A DNA stretch of 63,158 bases, the filler included, from Chiloscyllium plagiosum (Eukaryota), in assembly GCF_004010195.1 (NCBI RefSeq). It is 6 parts of one record of this genome, joined end to end, with 100 filler letters (N's around TTAATTAATTAA, not from the genome) between each part and the next. Parts side by side here need not be neighbours in the genome. Positions count along the whole stretch, not along the records: positions 10,768 to 19,264 come from NC_057710.1; positions 19,365 to 31,921 come from NC_057710.1; 4 more parts are not named here. The stretch is one strand, 5' to 3'. A program made the position numbers and the translations under genes. Below the pieces are notes generated by a model, which saw nothing but the letters and a program-made list of their open reading frames with translations, ran no database searches and was not told the origin of the DNA. Position 1 is the stretch's first letter, and each line of letters starts with the position of its first letter. Positions 12,871 to 24,539 of this stretch are shown piece after piece.

Positions 12871-14244
12871 TGCAAGTTTTCCCTCCTGGTGATGATTGTT
12901 CTAAGTTCCTCATTTTCTATAACTTCTGTTCACCTGTCACTAAAGTAGTATACACGTAGGGGGCATGGACTGAGAATTAGGGCCAGAATGTTCAGGAGAG
13001 ATATAAGAAAGCACGTCTACACCCAAAAGGTGGTAGATGTTTGGAAATTTCCCTCACAAATGGCAGTGGATGCTGGTTCAGTTGTTAATTTGAAATTGAA
13101 GATGAATACATTGTTGTTAAACCATGGTATTAAAGGATATTGTCCAAAGACAGTTATGTGGAATGAGGCCACAGATCAGCCATAATCTCATTGGATGGTA
13201 GATTGGGCTCAGGGGGCTGAATGACATACTCCTGTTACTGCTGGATTGGTGTCAGGGACCCCCATGAAAACTGAGGCAAAACATTGATTTAGGGATTCTG
13301 TTATTTCAGAGTTCGCCATTATTAACTGACCAGCCTCATCCTCCAAGTGAGCAACATTCACTTCAGCTACTTTCTTCCTTTTGCACTTTTGCTGTCCATT
13401 TTTATATATTGTTCTGGCTTGCTTTCATAATTTGCATTTGTTGTTTTTATTACTTTTGTGTCCCTTTTTAAAGATACTGGGAAGAGAGAATTTAAAAATT
13501 TACAGATGATACAAAACTTGAAAAACTATAACTGGTGAGAATGATTGTGATGGAACTGCAAAAGAATATTGACAAGCTGGTGGAGTTGTTGGATGCATAG
13601 AACATAGAACATAGAACATAGAAGAATACAGCGCAGTACAGGCCCTTTGGCCCTCGATGTTGCGCCGATCCAAGCCCACCTAACCTATACTAACCCACTA
13701 TCCTCCATATACCTATCCAATGCCCGCCTAAATGCCCATAAAGAGGGAGAGTCCACCACTGCTAACCTTACAGCCTGTTTTATACTGTATTTCAATGTCC
13801 TTCCTACCGAAGTGCATCACCTCACACTGCTCTGCATTAATCCTCATCTGCCATAAACCTGAAAACTACACCAATGTGTCACTGTCCTGTTGGAGTTCCA
13901 CACTGTCCATCACAAACATTATAATTCTTCCAGGTTTAGTATCTGCATATTTTGTTGCCTAGATGGGTGCAGCTCCAACAACACTCAAAAAGCTTGACAA
14001 CATGCAGGACAAAACTACCCACTTGAGTGGTACCGTATCCACAAGCATCCATTCTCTCCATAACTGACACTTACTGTCAACAGAAATTAGCCAAACATCC
14101 TTCGACAGCACCTGGCAAATCTACAACCGCTGCCGCACAGAAGACATGTTCCCTCTAATAGTTTATGTTACTGCGTGGGCTTCTGAGTTCTGTTCATAAC
14201 AGTAACTTCAGGAGAAGGAAATCGAGGTGTCCACCTGTTGTTTA

Positions 14245-14850
14245 GAACATAGAACAGTACAGCACATAAATGCCCTTCCGCCCCATGAGCATTTATCTTC
14301 ATCAAATGCCCTTCCGCCCCATGAGCATTTATCTTCATCTCAGATCTAAACGCGTACACACATCTCAATTTACTGTTGTCCATGTGCTTGTCCAGCAGTC
14401 ACTTCAATGTCCCTAATGTCTCTGACTCTACTACCACTGCTGGTAGTGACATAAACCCACCATTCTCTGTGTAAAGAACCTATCTCTGACATCTCCCCTA
14501 CACCTTCCTCCAATCACCTTAAAATTATGACCCCTTGTGACAGCCATTTCTGCCCTGGGGAAATGTCTCCAGCTATCTACTCTATCTACTCCTCTCATTA
14601 CACTGTACACCTCTATCAAGTCACCTCTCTTCTTTCTTCTCGAGTGTGAAAAGCCTGAACTCACTCAACCTCTCTTCATTATACAAGCCCTCCAATCCAG
14701 GCAGCATCCTGGTAAATCTCTTCTGCACCCTCTCTAAAGCATCTACATCCTTCCTATAATGAGGCAACCAGAACTGGATACAATATTCCAAGTGTGGTCT
14801 AACCAGGATTTTGTAGAACTGCAGCAAAACCTCGCAGCTCCTAAACACAA
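14245..14850 (-). mobile_element. CR1 3' fragment containing a 36-bp tandem duplication at about 14268-14340
   Basis: RPHLEYC and RGDLIEVY motifs; aaatgcccttccgccccatgagcatttatcttcatc repeated. Confidence 0.88.
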
Positions 14851-14964
14851 TCACCTTGCTTACCACAGATGTTGGTCTGTAATTCCCACAGCTTCTCGTG
14901 AATCTACTCAACTCTTTCTTAAATGTTGAAAAATTCTGTTTTCAATACCTTATAAGGTGTAGAG

Positions 14965-17430
14965 TTCCTCTTGCTGAGATATTTGTATCATCAATAGTCA
15001 CAGGTGAGGTGCCAGAAGACTGGAGGTTGGCTAACGTGGTGCCACTGTTTAAGAACGATGGTAAGGACAAGCCAGGGAACTATAGACAGTGAGCCTGACC
15101 TCGGTGGTGGGCAAGTTGTAAGAGGGAATCCTGGGGGACAGGATGTACATGTATTTGGATTAGTGGTGCTGGAAGAGCACAGTAGTTCAGGCAGCATCCA
15201 AGGAGCAGCGAAATCGACAGTTCGGGCAAAAGCCCTTCATCAGGAATAAAGGCAGACAGCCCGAAGCGTGGAGAGATAAGCTAGAGGAGGGTGGGGGTGG
15301 GGAGAAACTAGCATAGAGTACAATAGGTGAGTGGGGGAGGGATGAAGGTGATAGGTCAGGGAGGAGAGGATGGAGTGGATAGATGGAAAAGAAGATAGGC
15401 AGGTAGGACAAGTCCGGACAAGTCATGGGGACAGTGCTGAGCTGGAAGTTTGGAACTAGGGTGAGGTGGGGGAAGGGGAAATGAGGAAACTGTTGAAGTC
15501 CACATTGATGCCCTGGGGTTGAAGTGTTCCGAGGCGGAAGATGAGGCGTTCTTCCTCCAGGCGTCTGGTGGTGAGGGAGCGACGGTGAAGGAGGCCCAGG
15601 ACCTCCATGTCCTCGGCAGAGTGGGAGGGGGATTTGAAATGTTAGGCCACGGGGCGGTGTGGTTGATTGGTGCGGGTGACCCAGAGATGTTCCCTAAAGC
15701 GCTCTGCTAGGAGACGCCCAGTCTCCCCAATGTAGAGGAGACCGCATCGGGAGCAACGGATTCAATAAATGATATTAGTGGATGTGCAAGTAAAACTTTG
15801 ATGGATGTGGAAGGCTCCTTTAGGGCCTTGGATAGAGGTGAGTGAAGAGGTGTGGGCGCAGGTTTTACAGTTCCTGCAGTGGCAAGGGTAAGTGCCAGGA
15901 TGGGAGGGTGGACCTGACCAGGTAGTCACGGAGGGAACGGTCTTTGCAGAAGGCGGAAAGGTGTGGGGAGGCAAATAAATCCCTGGTGGTGAGGTCTTCT
16001 TGGAGGTGGCGGAAATGTTGGCGGATGATTTGGTTTATGCGAAGGTTGGTAGGGTGGAAGTTGAGCACCAGGGGTGTTCTGTCCTTGTTACGGTTGGAGG
16101 GGTGGGGTCTGAGGGCGGATGTGCGGGATGTGGACGAGATGCGTTGGAGGGAATCTTTAACCACGTGGGAAGGGAAATTGCGGTCTGTAAAAAAGGAGGC
16201 CATCTTTCCAGCATCTGCAGTCATTGTTTTTACCTTGTACATGTATTTGGAAAGGCAAGGACTGATTCGGGATAGTCAACATGGCTTTGTGTGTGGGAAA
16301 TCATGTCTCACAAACTTGATTGAGTTTTTGGATGAAGTAACAAAGAAGATTGATGAGGGCAGAGCAGTTGATGTGATCAATATGGACTTCAGTAAGGCAT
16401 TCGACAAGGTTCCCCATGGGAGACTGATTAGCAAGGTTAGATCTCATGGGATACAGGGAGAACTAGCCATTTGGATACAGAACTGGCTCAAAGGTAGAAG
16501 ACAGAGGATGGTGGTGGAGGGTTGATTTTCAGATTGGAGGCCTGTGAATGGTGGAGTGCCACAAGGATCGGTGCTGGGCCCTCTACTTTTTGTCATTTAC
16601 ATAAATAATTTGGATGTCAGCATAAGAGTTACAGTTAGTAAGTTTGCAGATGGGGTGTAGTGGAGAGTAAAAAGGGTTACCTCAGATTACAACAGGATCT
16701 TGACCAGATGGGCCAATGGGCTGAGAAGTGGCAGATGGAGTTTAATTCAGATAAATGCGAGGTGCTGCATTTTGGGAAAGCAAATCTTAGCAGAACTTAT
16801 ATGCTTAATGGTAAGGTCCGAGGGAGTGTTGCTGAACAAAGAGACCTCGGAGTGCAGGTTCATAGTTCCTTGAAAGTGGAGTCGCAGGTAGATAGGATAG
16901 TGAGGAAGGCATTTGGTATGCTTTCCTTTATTGGTCAGAGTATTGAGTACAGGAGNNNNNNNNNNNNNNNNNNNNNNNNNNNNNNNNNNNNNNNNNNNNN
17001 NNNNNNNNNNNNNNNNNNNNNNNNNNNNNNNNNNNNNNNNNNNNNNNNNNNNNNNNNNNNNNNNNNNNNNNNNNNNNNNNNNNNNNNNNNNNNNNNNNNN
17101 NNNNNNNNNNNNNNNNNNNNNNNNNNNNNNNNNNNNNNNNNNNNNNNNNNNNNNNNNNNNNNNNNNNNNNNNNNNNNNNNNNNNNNNNNNNNNNNNNNNN
17201 NNNNNNNNNNNNNNNNNNNNNNNNNNNNNNNNNNNNNNNNNNNNNNNNNNNNNNNNNNNNNNNGGTACAATTGCAACATTTAAGAGGCATTTGGATGGGT
17301 ATATGAATAGGAAGGGTTTGGTGGGATATGGGCCGCGTGCTGGCAGGTGGGACTAGATTGGGTTGGGATATCTGGTCGGCATGGACAGGTTGGACCGAAG
17401 GGTCTGTTTCCATGTTGTACATCTCTATGA
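14965..17430 (+). mobile_element. CR1 LINE ORF2/3'UTR interrupted by a PLE and a gap
   Basis: VPEDWRLANVVP, SQHGF, DFSKAFD and WAEKWQMEFN motifs. Confidence 0.93.
15160..16235 (-). mobile_element. Penelope-like element with inverted 3' tip and 16-bp TSD
   Basis: PLE ORF C-terminus on the minus strand; TSD tgtacatgtatttgga at 15144-15159 and 16236-16251. Confidence 0.92.
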
Positions 17431-17905
17431 ATCTATATACAACCTTCTTTGTAGCAGAGAATATCACTTTTTCTTGATTTTAAACAGGTGATGCATTACT
17501 GTTAAACAGTGACTGCTAGTTCTCAATGCTCTTCCATTTGCAACCCACTGATGTATACAGATCCGGGCCACACCTACCTGATGATGGCCCACAGATTTGA
17601 TTTGCAAGCTGTGATGTTAGTGGGTGTTTTCTGAACTGGATGCAATTGTTACTTAAAGGAAAAAGAAGGGAGGGTCCGGAAAAGGAGAATGTAAAAGAAG
17701 GAGAAGTAACAAGCCAATCAATAGACTACTTTTAATTTCAAACTGAGGATCATTCTGAGGAAATAAAGATAGTGGACAGGACAAAATACTCGGGCCTACA
17801 AGAAAAGGGATAAGCCATGTGAATTGGCCTGTAACCGGTACTGGCTCATTCAGGGCTCACTGTAAGGTTACACTTTAAACTGATAGAGATTTTCTCTTTC
17901 TCCAG

Positions 17906-17971
17906 ATGGGAAGGGATGTGCTGTCAGAGACAAGATATGTCGAGCTGGTGCTTGTGACAGATCAGAACCTG
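17906..17971 (+). CDS. ADAM15-like: ADAM metalloprotease exon (prodomain/catalytic boundary): MGRDVLSETRYVELVLVTDQNL
   Basis: Acceptor ttttctctttctccag, donor gtgggt; 66 nt, phase 0-0. The YVELVLVxD motif starts reprolysin catalytic domains. Paralog assignment is from recalled similarity only. Confidence 0.9.
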
Positions 17972-19364
17972 GTGGGTAAAGTCTCCTCCTGCAGGATCAG
18001 GATTTGTGTGGATCTCTACTGTCCCTGATGCACATGAATAACCTTGGAATCTTGTTGCACATTTTCAAAGAATAGTGTAAAGCTGTTGGCGTAACCATCA
18101 AAAGTGGGGGAGTCATGGTAGTGTAGTGGTCATGACAAAAGACTGCTCATACATAACTTGTGTATTGATCTGGGGATACAAGTTCAAATCCCACTACAGC
18201 AGCTAATCAAATTTAAATTCACTTCATAAACCTGGAACCAAAAGCCAGTTTGAGAATCATAAAACTGTCTGTTAATGGCATAAAACAACTAGTTCACTAA
18301 TGTCCTTTAGAGAAAGAAATCAGCTGTTTACCTCCTCTGGTTGACATTTGACAACCTCGATGTACCAGAATGTGGGTGACCATTAACTGTCGTATGAAAT
18401 GGTCTCGCAAACCACTCAGTTAAAGGGAAATGAGAGATAGGCAACAAAGGATGACTTTGTGAGAGACACACTTGTCACATTAAATCATAAACAATGAAAT
18501 AATAAAATTTTGAGGCTATTATCATCTGGACAAGATAGATAAAAAGTTTCAGAGCGCAAAGCCAAATAAGTCTTAAGAGGAGTGAGTGGAACTGACCTGC
18601 AATTGAATGCAGAGTCGCAGCGGGAAAAACAACAATAAAAACAAATGAAAAAGGGAACTCAAGATCCAAAATTACAGAACTGAACACTGAGACAAAGAGG
18701 CTGTGAACAGCGTGGTTGAGATATGATAATGATTGAGCTGTGGACTCACAGACAGTGAGGCGTTGAAACAGCAATAAAGTCACAGAGTTTTGAGAGGCCT
18801 GGATGAAGTGGATGTGGAGGAAATGTTTCCACCAGGAGGACTGACTAGGCCCTGAAGACATGGCCTCAGTGAAGGGACGACCTTTGGAACTGAGATAAGG
18901 AGGAATTTCTTCAGACAGAGGGTGGTGAGTGTATTTAAGACAGAGATAGATAGGTTCAGGATGGTAAGGGGATCGGGGGTTATGGGGAGAAAGCAAGAGA
19001 AAGAGATTGAGAAACATATCAGCCACAATCGAATGGCAGAGAAAACTCAGAATCACAGAGTCAGAGAGATGTACAGCATGGAAACAGACTCTTCGGTCTG
19101 ACTCGTCCATGTTGACCAGATATCCTGACTTAATCTAGTCCCATTTGCCAGCACTTGACCCATATCCCTCTAAACCCTTCCTATTCATATACTCATCCAG
19201 ATGCCCTTTAAATGTTGCAATTGTACCCGCCTCCACCACATCCTCTGGCAGCTCATTCCATACANNNNNNNNNNNNNNNNNNNNNNNNNNNNNNNNNNNN
19301 NNNNNNNNTTAATTAATTAANNNNNNNNNNNNNNNNNNNNNNNNNNNNNNNNNNNNNNNNNNNN

Positions 19365-20860
19365 ATTGAGTTTAAGAGCCACAAGGTTATGCTGCAGTTC
19401 TATAAAGCCCTGGTTAGACAACACTTAGAATATTGTGTCCAGTTCTGGTCACCTCATTATAGGAAGGATGTGGAAGGTTAAGAGAAGGTGCAGAGGAGAT
19501 TTACCAGGATGCTGCCTGGGATGGAGGGCGTGTTTTATGAAGAAAGGTTGAGGGAGCTCAGGCTTTTCTCATTGGAATGAAGAGGGATGAGAGGTGACTT
19601 GATAGAGGAGTACAAGATGATGCGAGCCATAGATAGAGTGCTTAGCTGGAAACCTTTACCCAGGGTGGAAATTACTATATCCCTGTGTTCCCTTCCTATT
19701 CATGTATTGGTCCATTTGCTTTCACTCTCTCTTCTGGCAGCACGTTCCAGGCACTCAGCACCCTTTGTGCAAAATATTTGCCTCGCACATTTCTTTTAAA
19801 CTTCGCGCCCGCCCCACACCTTGAACCTGTGTCCCCCAGTAATTAAACCCTCCACCCTGGGAAAACACCTGACACTTTCCACTCTATCCATCCATTCACA
19901 ATCTTAGAAACTTCTGTCAGGCCACCCCTCAAATTCCTGCCTTCCAGTGAAAACGAGCCAGGTCTTGCCAATCTTTCTTCACAGCTGAAATCCCCATCCC
20001 AGGCAACATTGTGGTAAACCTTTTCTGTACCCTCTCCAAAGCATCCACATCCTTTTGGTCGTGTGGTGACCAGAACCGTACCCAATATTCCAAGTGTGGC
20101 CTATCGAAAGTTCTGTAAAGCTATAGTATAACTTGCCTAGCGTTATACTCAATGCCCCTTCTAATGAAGGCAAGTATGCCATTGGCCTTTTTTATTACCT
20201 CATCTACCTGTGCTGCCACTTTCAGTTATCTGTGAACCTGCACACCCAGATCCCTCTGCATATCAATTCTCCCAAGGGTTCTGCCATTCACTGTATAATT
20301 TCCACTGTACATGACCTTCCAAAATGCATCACCTCACATTTGTCCAGATTAAACTCTCTCTGCCATTTTTCTGTCCACAACTCAGATTGATCTATATCCT
20401 GCTGTATCTCCTGACAATCCTCCTTGTTACCTGCAATTTCACCAATCTTTTCATTATCCACAAACTTACTAAATAGACCAGTGACATTTTTCTCCAAATC
20501 TTTCATGTAGACCACAAATAGCAGAGGTTCCAGCACTGACCCTTGAGGAACACCATTAGTTATAGCCCTCCATTCCAAAAAGCATCCTTCCACCGCTACG
20601 CTCTGTCTCTTATGACTAAGCCAATTCTGTGTCCATCCTGCTAGCTCACCTCCAAAACATGTGACTCCACCTTTTGTACCAGTCTGCTGTGAGGGGCCTT
20701 ATCAAAGGTTTTACCAAGGTCCATGTTGACATCATCAAACACCTCAAAAAACTTGATCAGGTTAGTGAAGCACAATTTTCCCTCACACAAAGTCCATTTG
20801 CTTCTAAATACATATCAACCTTGTCCCGAAGAACCTTTTCCAATAATTCCCGACGACCGA
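19365..20860. mobile_element. Two CR1 fragments tail-to-tail (+ 19365-19670, - 19680-20860)
   Basis: RGDLIEEYK on +; GVPQGSVL and WQREFNLDKC on -. Confidence 0.85.
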
Positions 20861-21519
20861 CGTGAGGCTCATGGCAGAGTCAAATGTGGCTTTCAATGTG
20901 CAATGGGATCATTATGATATGAAGAAAGATTTGCAGGCTGGAGGTGAAACTGATGCCATCACACTATTCTCTCTCTGTAAAATCTGTCTTAGTATCCTGT
21001 TCTGATACCACAACCTTGATAAATTGTTATGATTGTTTACCTTAATTAGTTTGTACATTTTTGGGTAACTTATCATTTTGGTTCGAGCCTCGGCCTGCAA
21101 TTCTTATACCTATCATGTTATGCCAATCATTTAGTTTGTCTCAGGCACCATATTATATTTAATTTTTTGTAATTATTTCCCTGCTTCATTTAATTGGATT
21201 ATAGGTCATTCTTTCATTTGTTATTCAGCTGTTGATTCTTTACTCACACTGTCTAACACTCTTGGTCATCTGCAGAGATTTATTATTCGATACTCTGCTC
21301 ACACTAGTGAGCTCTGCCCTTGATCTCTCTGCCTATAAACTCTATGACTGTGTGTTCTTCTCTCTCACTTCATCTGACAAAGGGATTGTGCTCCAAAAGC
21401 TTGTGATTTTAAATAAGCCTGTTGGACTACAACCTGGGTCGTGTGACTTCTGGCTAGAGGTGAAAGGCTGGGCAGTGAGACGAACTACATTGCTGCAGCA
21501 AAAAGACAATGATGTGCCA

Positions 21520-22795
21520 TAAGAATTAGTGCTGCGGCCAGTGCTTTTCATCATTTATGTCAATGAATTCGATGTGAATATAGGGAGCACAGTTCGTAAG
21601 TTTGCAGATAACAATAAAATAGGTGGTGCAGTGGACAGTGAAGAAGATTATCTCAGAATATAATGAGCCGTTGGCCGGATGGGCCAGAAGTGGCATTTGG
21701 AGTTTAATTTAGATAAACTTTGCATTTTGGTAAAGCAAATCAGGGAGGACTTATTCAGGAAATGGAAGGACTTTGGGAGTTTGAAGAACAAAGAGACCTC
21801 GGGGTGCAGGTGCATCATTCCTTAAAAGTGGAGTTGCAGAGAGACAGGATGGTAAAGAAGTGTTTGGCATGCTTGGTTGTAATATTGAGTAAAGACATTG
21901 GGATGTACAGGACACTGGTGAGGCCACCTTTGGAATACTGTATGCAACTCTGGTCGTACTTCTTTCAGCAGGATATTGTGAAATTTGAGATGGTTCAGAA
22001 AACATTTACAAGGATGTTGCTGGCAATGATGGGTTTGAGATAGAAGGGGAGGCTGAATCAGCTAGGGCATTTTTCCCTGGAGCATTGGAGGCTGAAGGGT
22101 GAACTTCCTCTGGACTCGCTCCAGGGCCAATATATCCTTCCTGAGGTATGGGGTCCAAAATTGCTCATAATACTCTAAATGTTGTCTGACCAGAGGCTTA
22201 GAAAACCTCCAAAGTTTTACAAGGATGTTGCTGGCGATGATGGGTTTGAGATAGAAGGGGAGGCTGAATCAGCTAGGGCATTTTTCCCTGGAGCATTGGA
22301 GGCTGAAGGGTAACCTTGTCGGCTGAAGGGTGAACCTCCTCTGGACTCGCTCCAGGGCCAATATATCCTTCCTGAGGTATGGGGTCCAAAATTGCTCATA
22401 ATACTCTAAATGTTGTCTGACCAGAGGCTTAGAAAACCTCCAAAGTACATCTCTGCTTTTATATCTAGTCCTCTCGAGATGAATGACAGCACCTTCCTAA
22501 CTACCAATTCCACCTGCAAGTTTACCTTAAGAGAAACCCCAAGTCCCTTTGCACTTCAGATTTCTGAATATTCTCTCCATTTACAAAATAATCCTTGCCT
22601 CAATTCTTCCTACCAAAGTGCATGATCTCACACTTCCCATCACTGTATTTTAGCTGCCACTTCTTCACCCACTCTCTGAATCTGTCCAAATCTTTTTGCA
22701 GACTACCCACTTCCTCAATACCTGCCCCTCCACCTATTTTGTATCGTCGGCAAACTTAGCCAGAATGCCCTCAGTTCCTTCGTCCAAATCTTTCA
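21520..22795. mobile_element. CR1 fragments (+ then -) with a tandem duplication of about 210 bp across their junction (22004-22445)
   Basis: RPPLEYC motif; tttacaaggatgttgctggc...aaaacctccaaag present twice. Confidence 0.85.
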
Positions 22796-22798
22796 TGT

Positions 22799-23605
22799 TG
22801 CTATGGACCAGGCTAGCCCCCTCAAAACATTTCCAGAAAGTAGCCCAGCCCCTAACTTTGCTAGTTGTTTTAACCAGGTGAAAGGTCGATACACCAGGAG
22901 TGAATCAGCTGGTCAAATCACTTCATTTTAAACAAAACAGAATTTATTTACAAGATTACTGAATGAAACACAAAGAACAGAAAACAGAATACCAAATAAC
23001 CTAACCTGTCCAAAAACTCAACATATCATCCCACTTAATAATAATGCTCCAAAATACTTGCAACAATCCCCATAAACACCCCTCGGCACAAAAGGTAACA
23101 TCAAACACAGGGTCTTACAGAGAGAAGTCAGAGAGAAAGAACCAGCTGGGACCTGCTTCTGGGTCCAGCCTTTCTTGACTACTTCCAAAAATAAACATGA
23201 TTCGGAGATGCCGGTGTTGGACTGGGGTGTACAAAGTTAAAAATCACGCAACACCAGGTTATAGTCCAATAGGTTTAATTGGAAGCACACGAGCTTTCAG
23301 AGCGTCGCTCCGAAAGCTAGTGTGCTTTCAATTAAACCTGTTGGACTATAACCTGGTGTTGTGTGATTTTTAACTCCAAACATAAACCAAGCCTGGCATA
23401 GGCTGAGCTGGGCGAACTGGCCACTCTCCCTATACAAGTGTTTTCTTTTACTTGAAAGCCTTCTGCCTGAGGCAGTATCTGTTATTTGTAAAAAAAAGAC
23501 CCTAAAATCTTTCCAAACTCAGACTTTTCAGAAGCTGTGTCGTTTACAACCTCTCTGAAAAATACAAGGACGACCTAACTTTGTTAAAGGAACAGCTTTG
23601 TCACA
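22799..23605 (-). mobile_element. Probable solo LTR inserted in CR1
   Basis: TG...CA termini, AATAAA on the minus strand near 22945, imperfect 4-bp TSD atgt/aggt. CR1 sequence resumes on both sides. Confidence 0.65.
23197..23375. mobile_element. Palindromic PLE-terminus element nested in the LTR
   Basis: 70-bp arms symmetric about 23305; TSD of about 13 bp, tccaaa(a/c)ataaac. Confidence 0.88.
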
Positions 23606-24086
23606 AGGTAGTAAATGAAAAGTTGTGATCCCAACAGTGAGCCTTGTGGACTACCACCAGTTACAGGCTTCCATCCCGAGAAGGGCCCTTTAATCCCCAC
23701 TGTCTTCTGCCAGACAGTCAAGCTTCTATCCATAGAAATGCCTCTAATGCCATAGCACTTATCTTACTCATGTCAGAATGAGTGGGTTTCCATGCTGTAC
23801 ATTTCTATGACTCTATATGAAAAGGACTTGAGGGGTAACTTTTTCACACAGCGGGTGGTTCGTGTTTGGAACGAGCTGCCAGAGGAAATGGCGGAAGTGG
23901 TTACAATTACAATATTTGGAAGGCACCTGGATGTGTATATGAATAGGAAGGGTTTGGAGGGATATGGGTCAGATGTGAGCAAATGGGACAACCTCAGTTT
24001 GGGATGTCTGGTCAAAGCGGATGAGTTGGACCAATGTTTCAGGTCAATTCAATCCCTTGAGTGACAGACACTTCTCCCTTTTTCAG

Positions 24087-24253
24087 TATTACAGACCATT
24101 CAACATTCGCATTGCTCTGATTGGAGTGGAGGTGTGGACCAGAGACCAAGTCACCGTCAATATCCAAGCGTCACCAACAATGAATCACTTCCTGAAGTGG
24201 AGGCAGGAAACACTTCTACCACGACTGCAAAATGACAATGCCCATCTCATCAT
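24087..24253 (+). CDS. ADAM15-like: ADAM exon: YYRPFNIRIALIGVEVWTRDQ...FLKWRQETLLPRLQNDNAHLI
   Basis: Acceptor cttctccctttttcag, donor gtgagt; 167 nt, phase 0-2. Matches the FYRxLNIRIxLxGxEVW...LLPRxxHDNAQL pattern of ADAM12/15/19. Confidence 0.95.
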
Positions 24254-24539
24254 GTGAGTACCTCACACCCATGAGGGAACCACAAATGCACACAGTGCTT
24301 CAGCTGTGACTTAACCAAAGTTCTGCACAGCAGCAAGATAACCTCCTTGATCTTATAACTCGTTTCTAAAGTTGAATACCAAGGTCTCGGTCCCCTCTCT
24401 ATAACTGGATCCTCGACCTACTGACCTATAGACTGTAATCAGAAAAAACAAGCGACAACACTACTTCCACTATAATCCTCAACACCAGTGACCCACGAGG
24501 CTGAGTACTCAGCCTCTTACAATACGTGACATCAAATAT

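Noticed and set aside
14268..14340. 36-37 bp direct repeats (also 31018-31090) as CRISPR-like arrays
   Set aside because: Two adjacent copies with no spacers in a eukaryotic context are simple tandem duplications.
17488..17620. Possible acceptor (tttaaacag) for the ADAM prodomain exon
   Set aside because: All three frames stop within about 12 codons, and there is no cysteine-switch motif.
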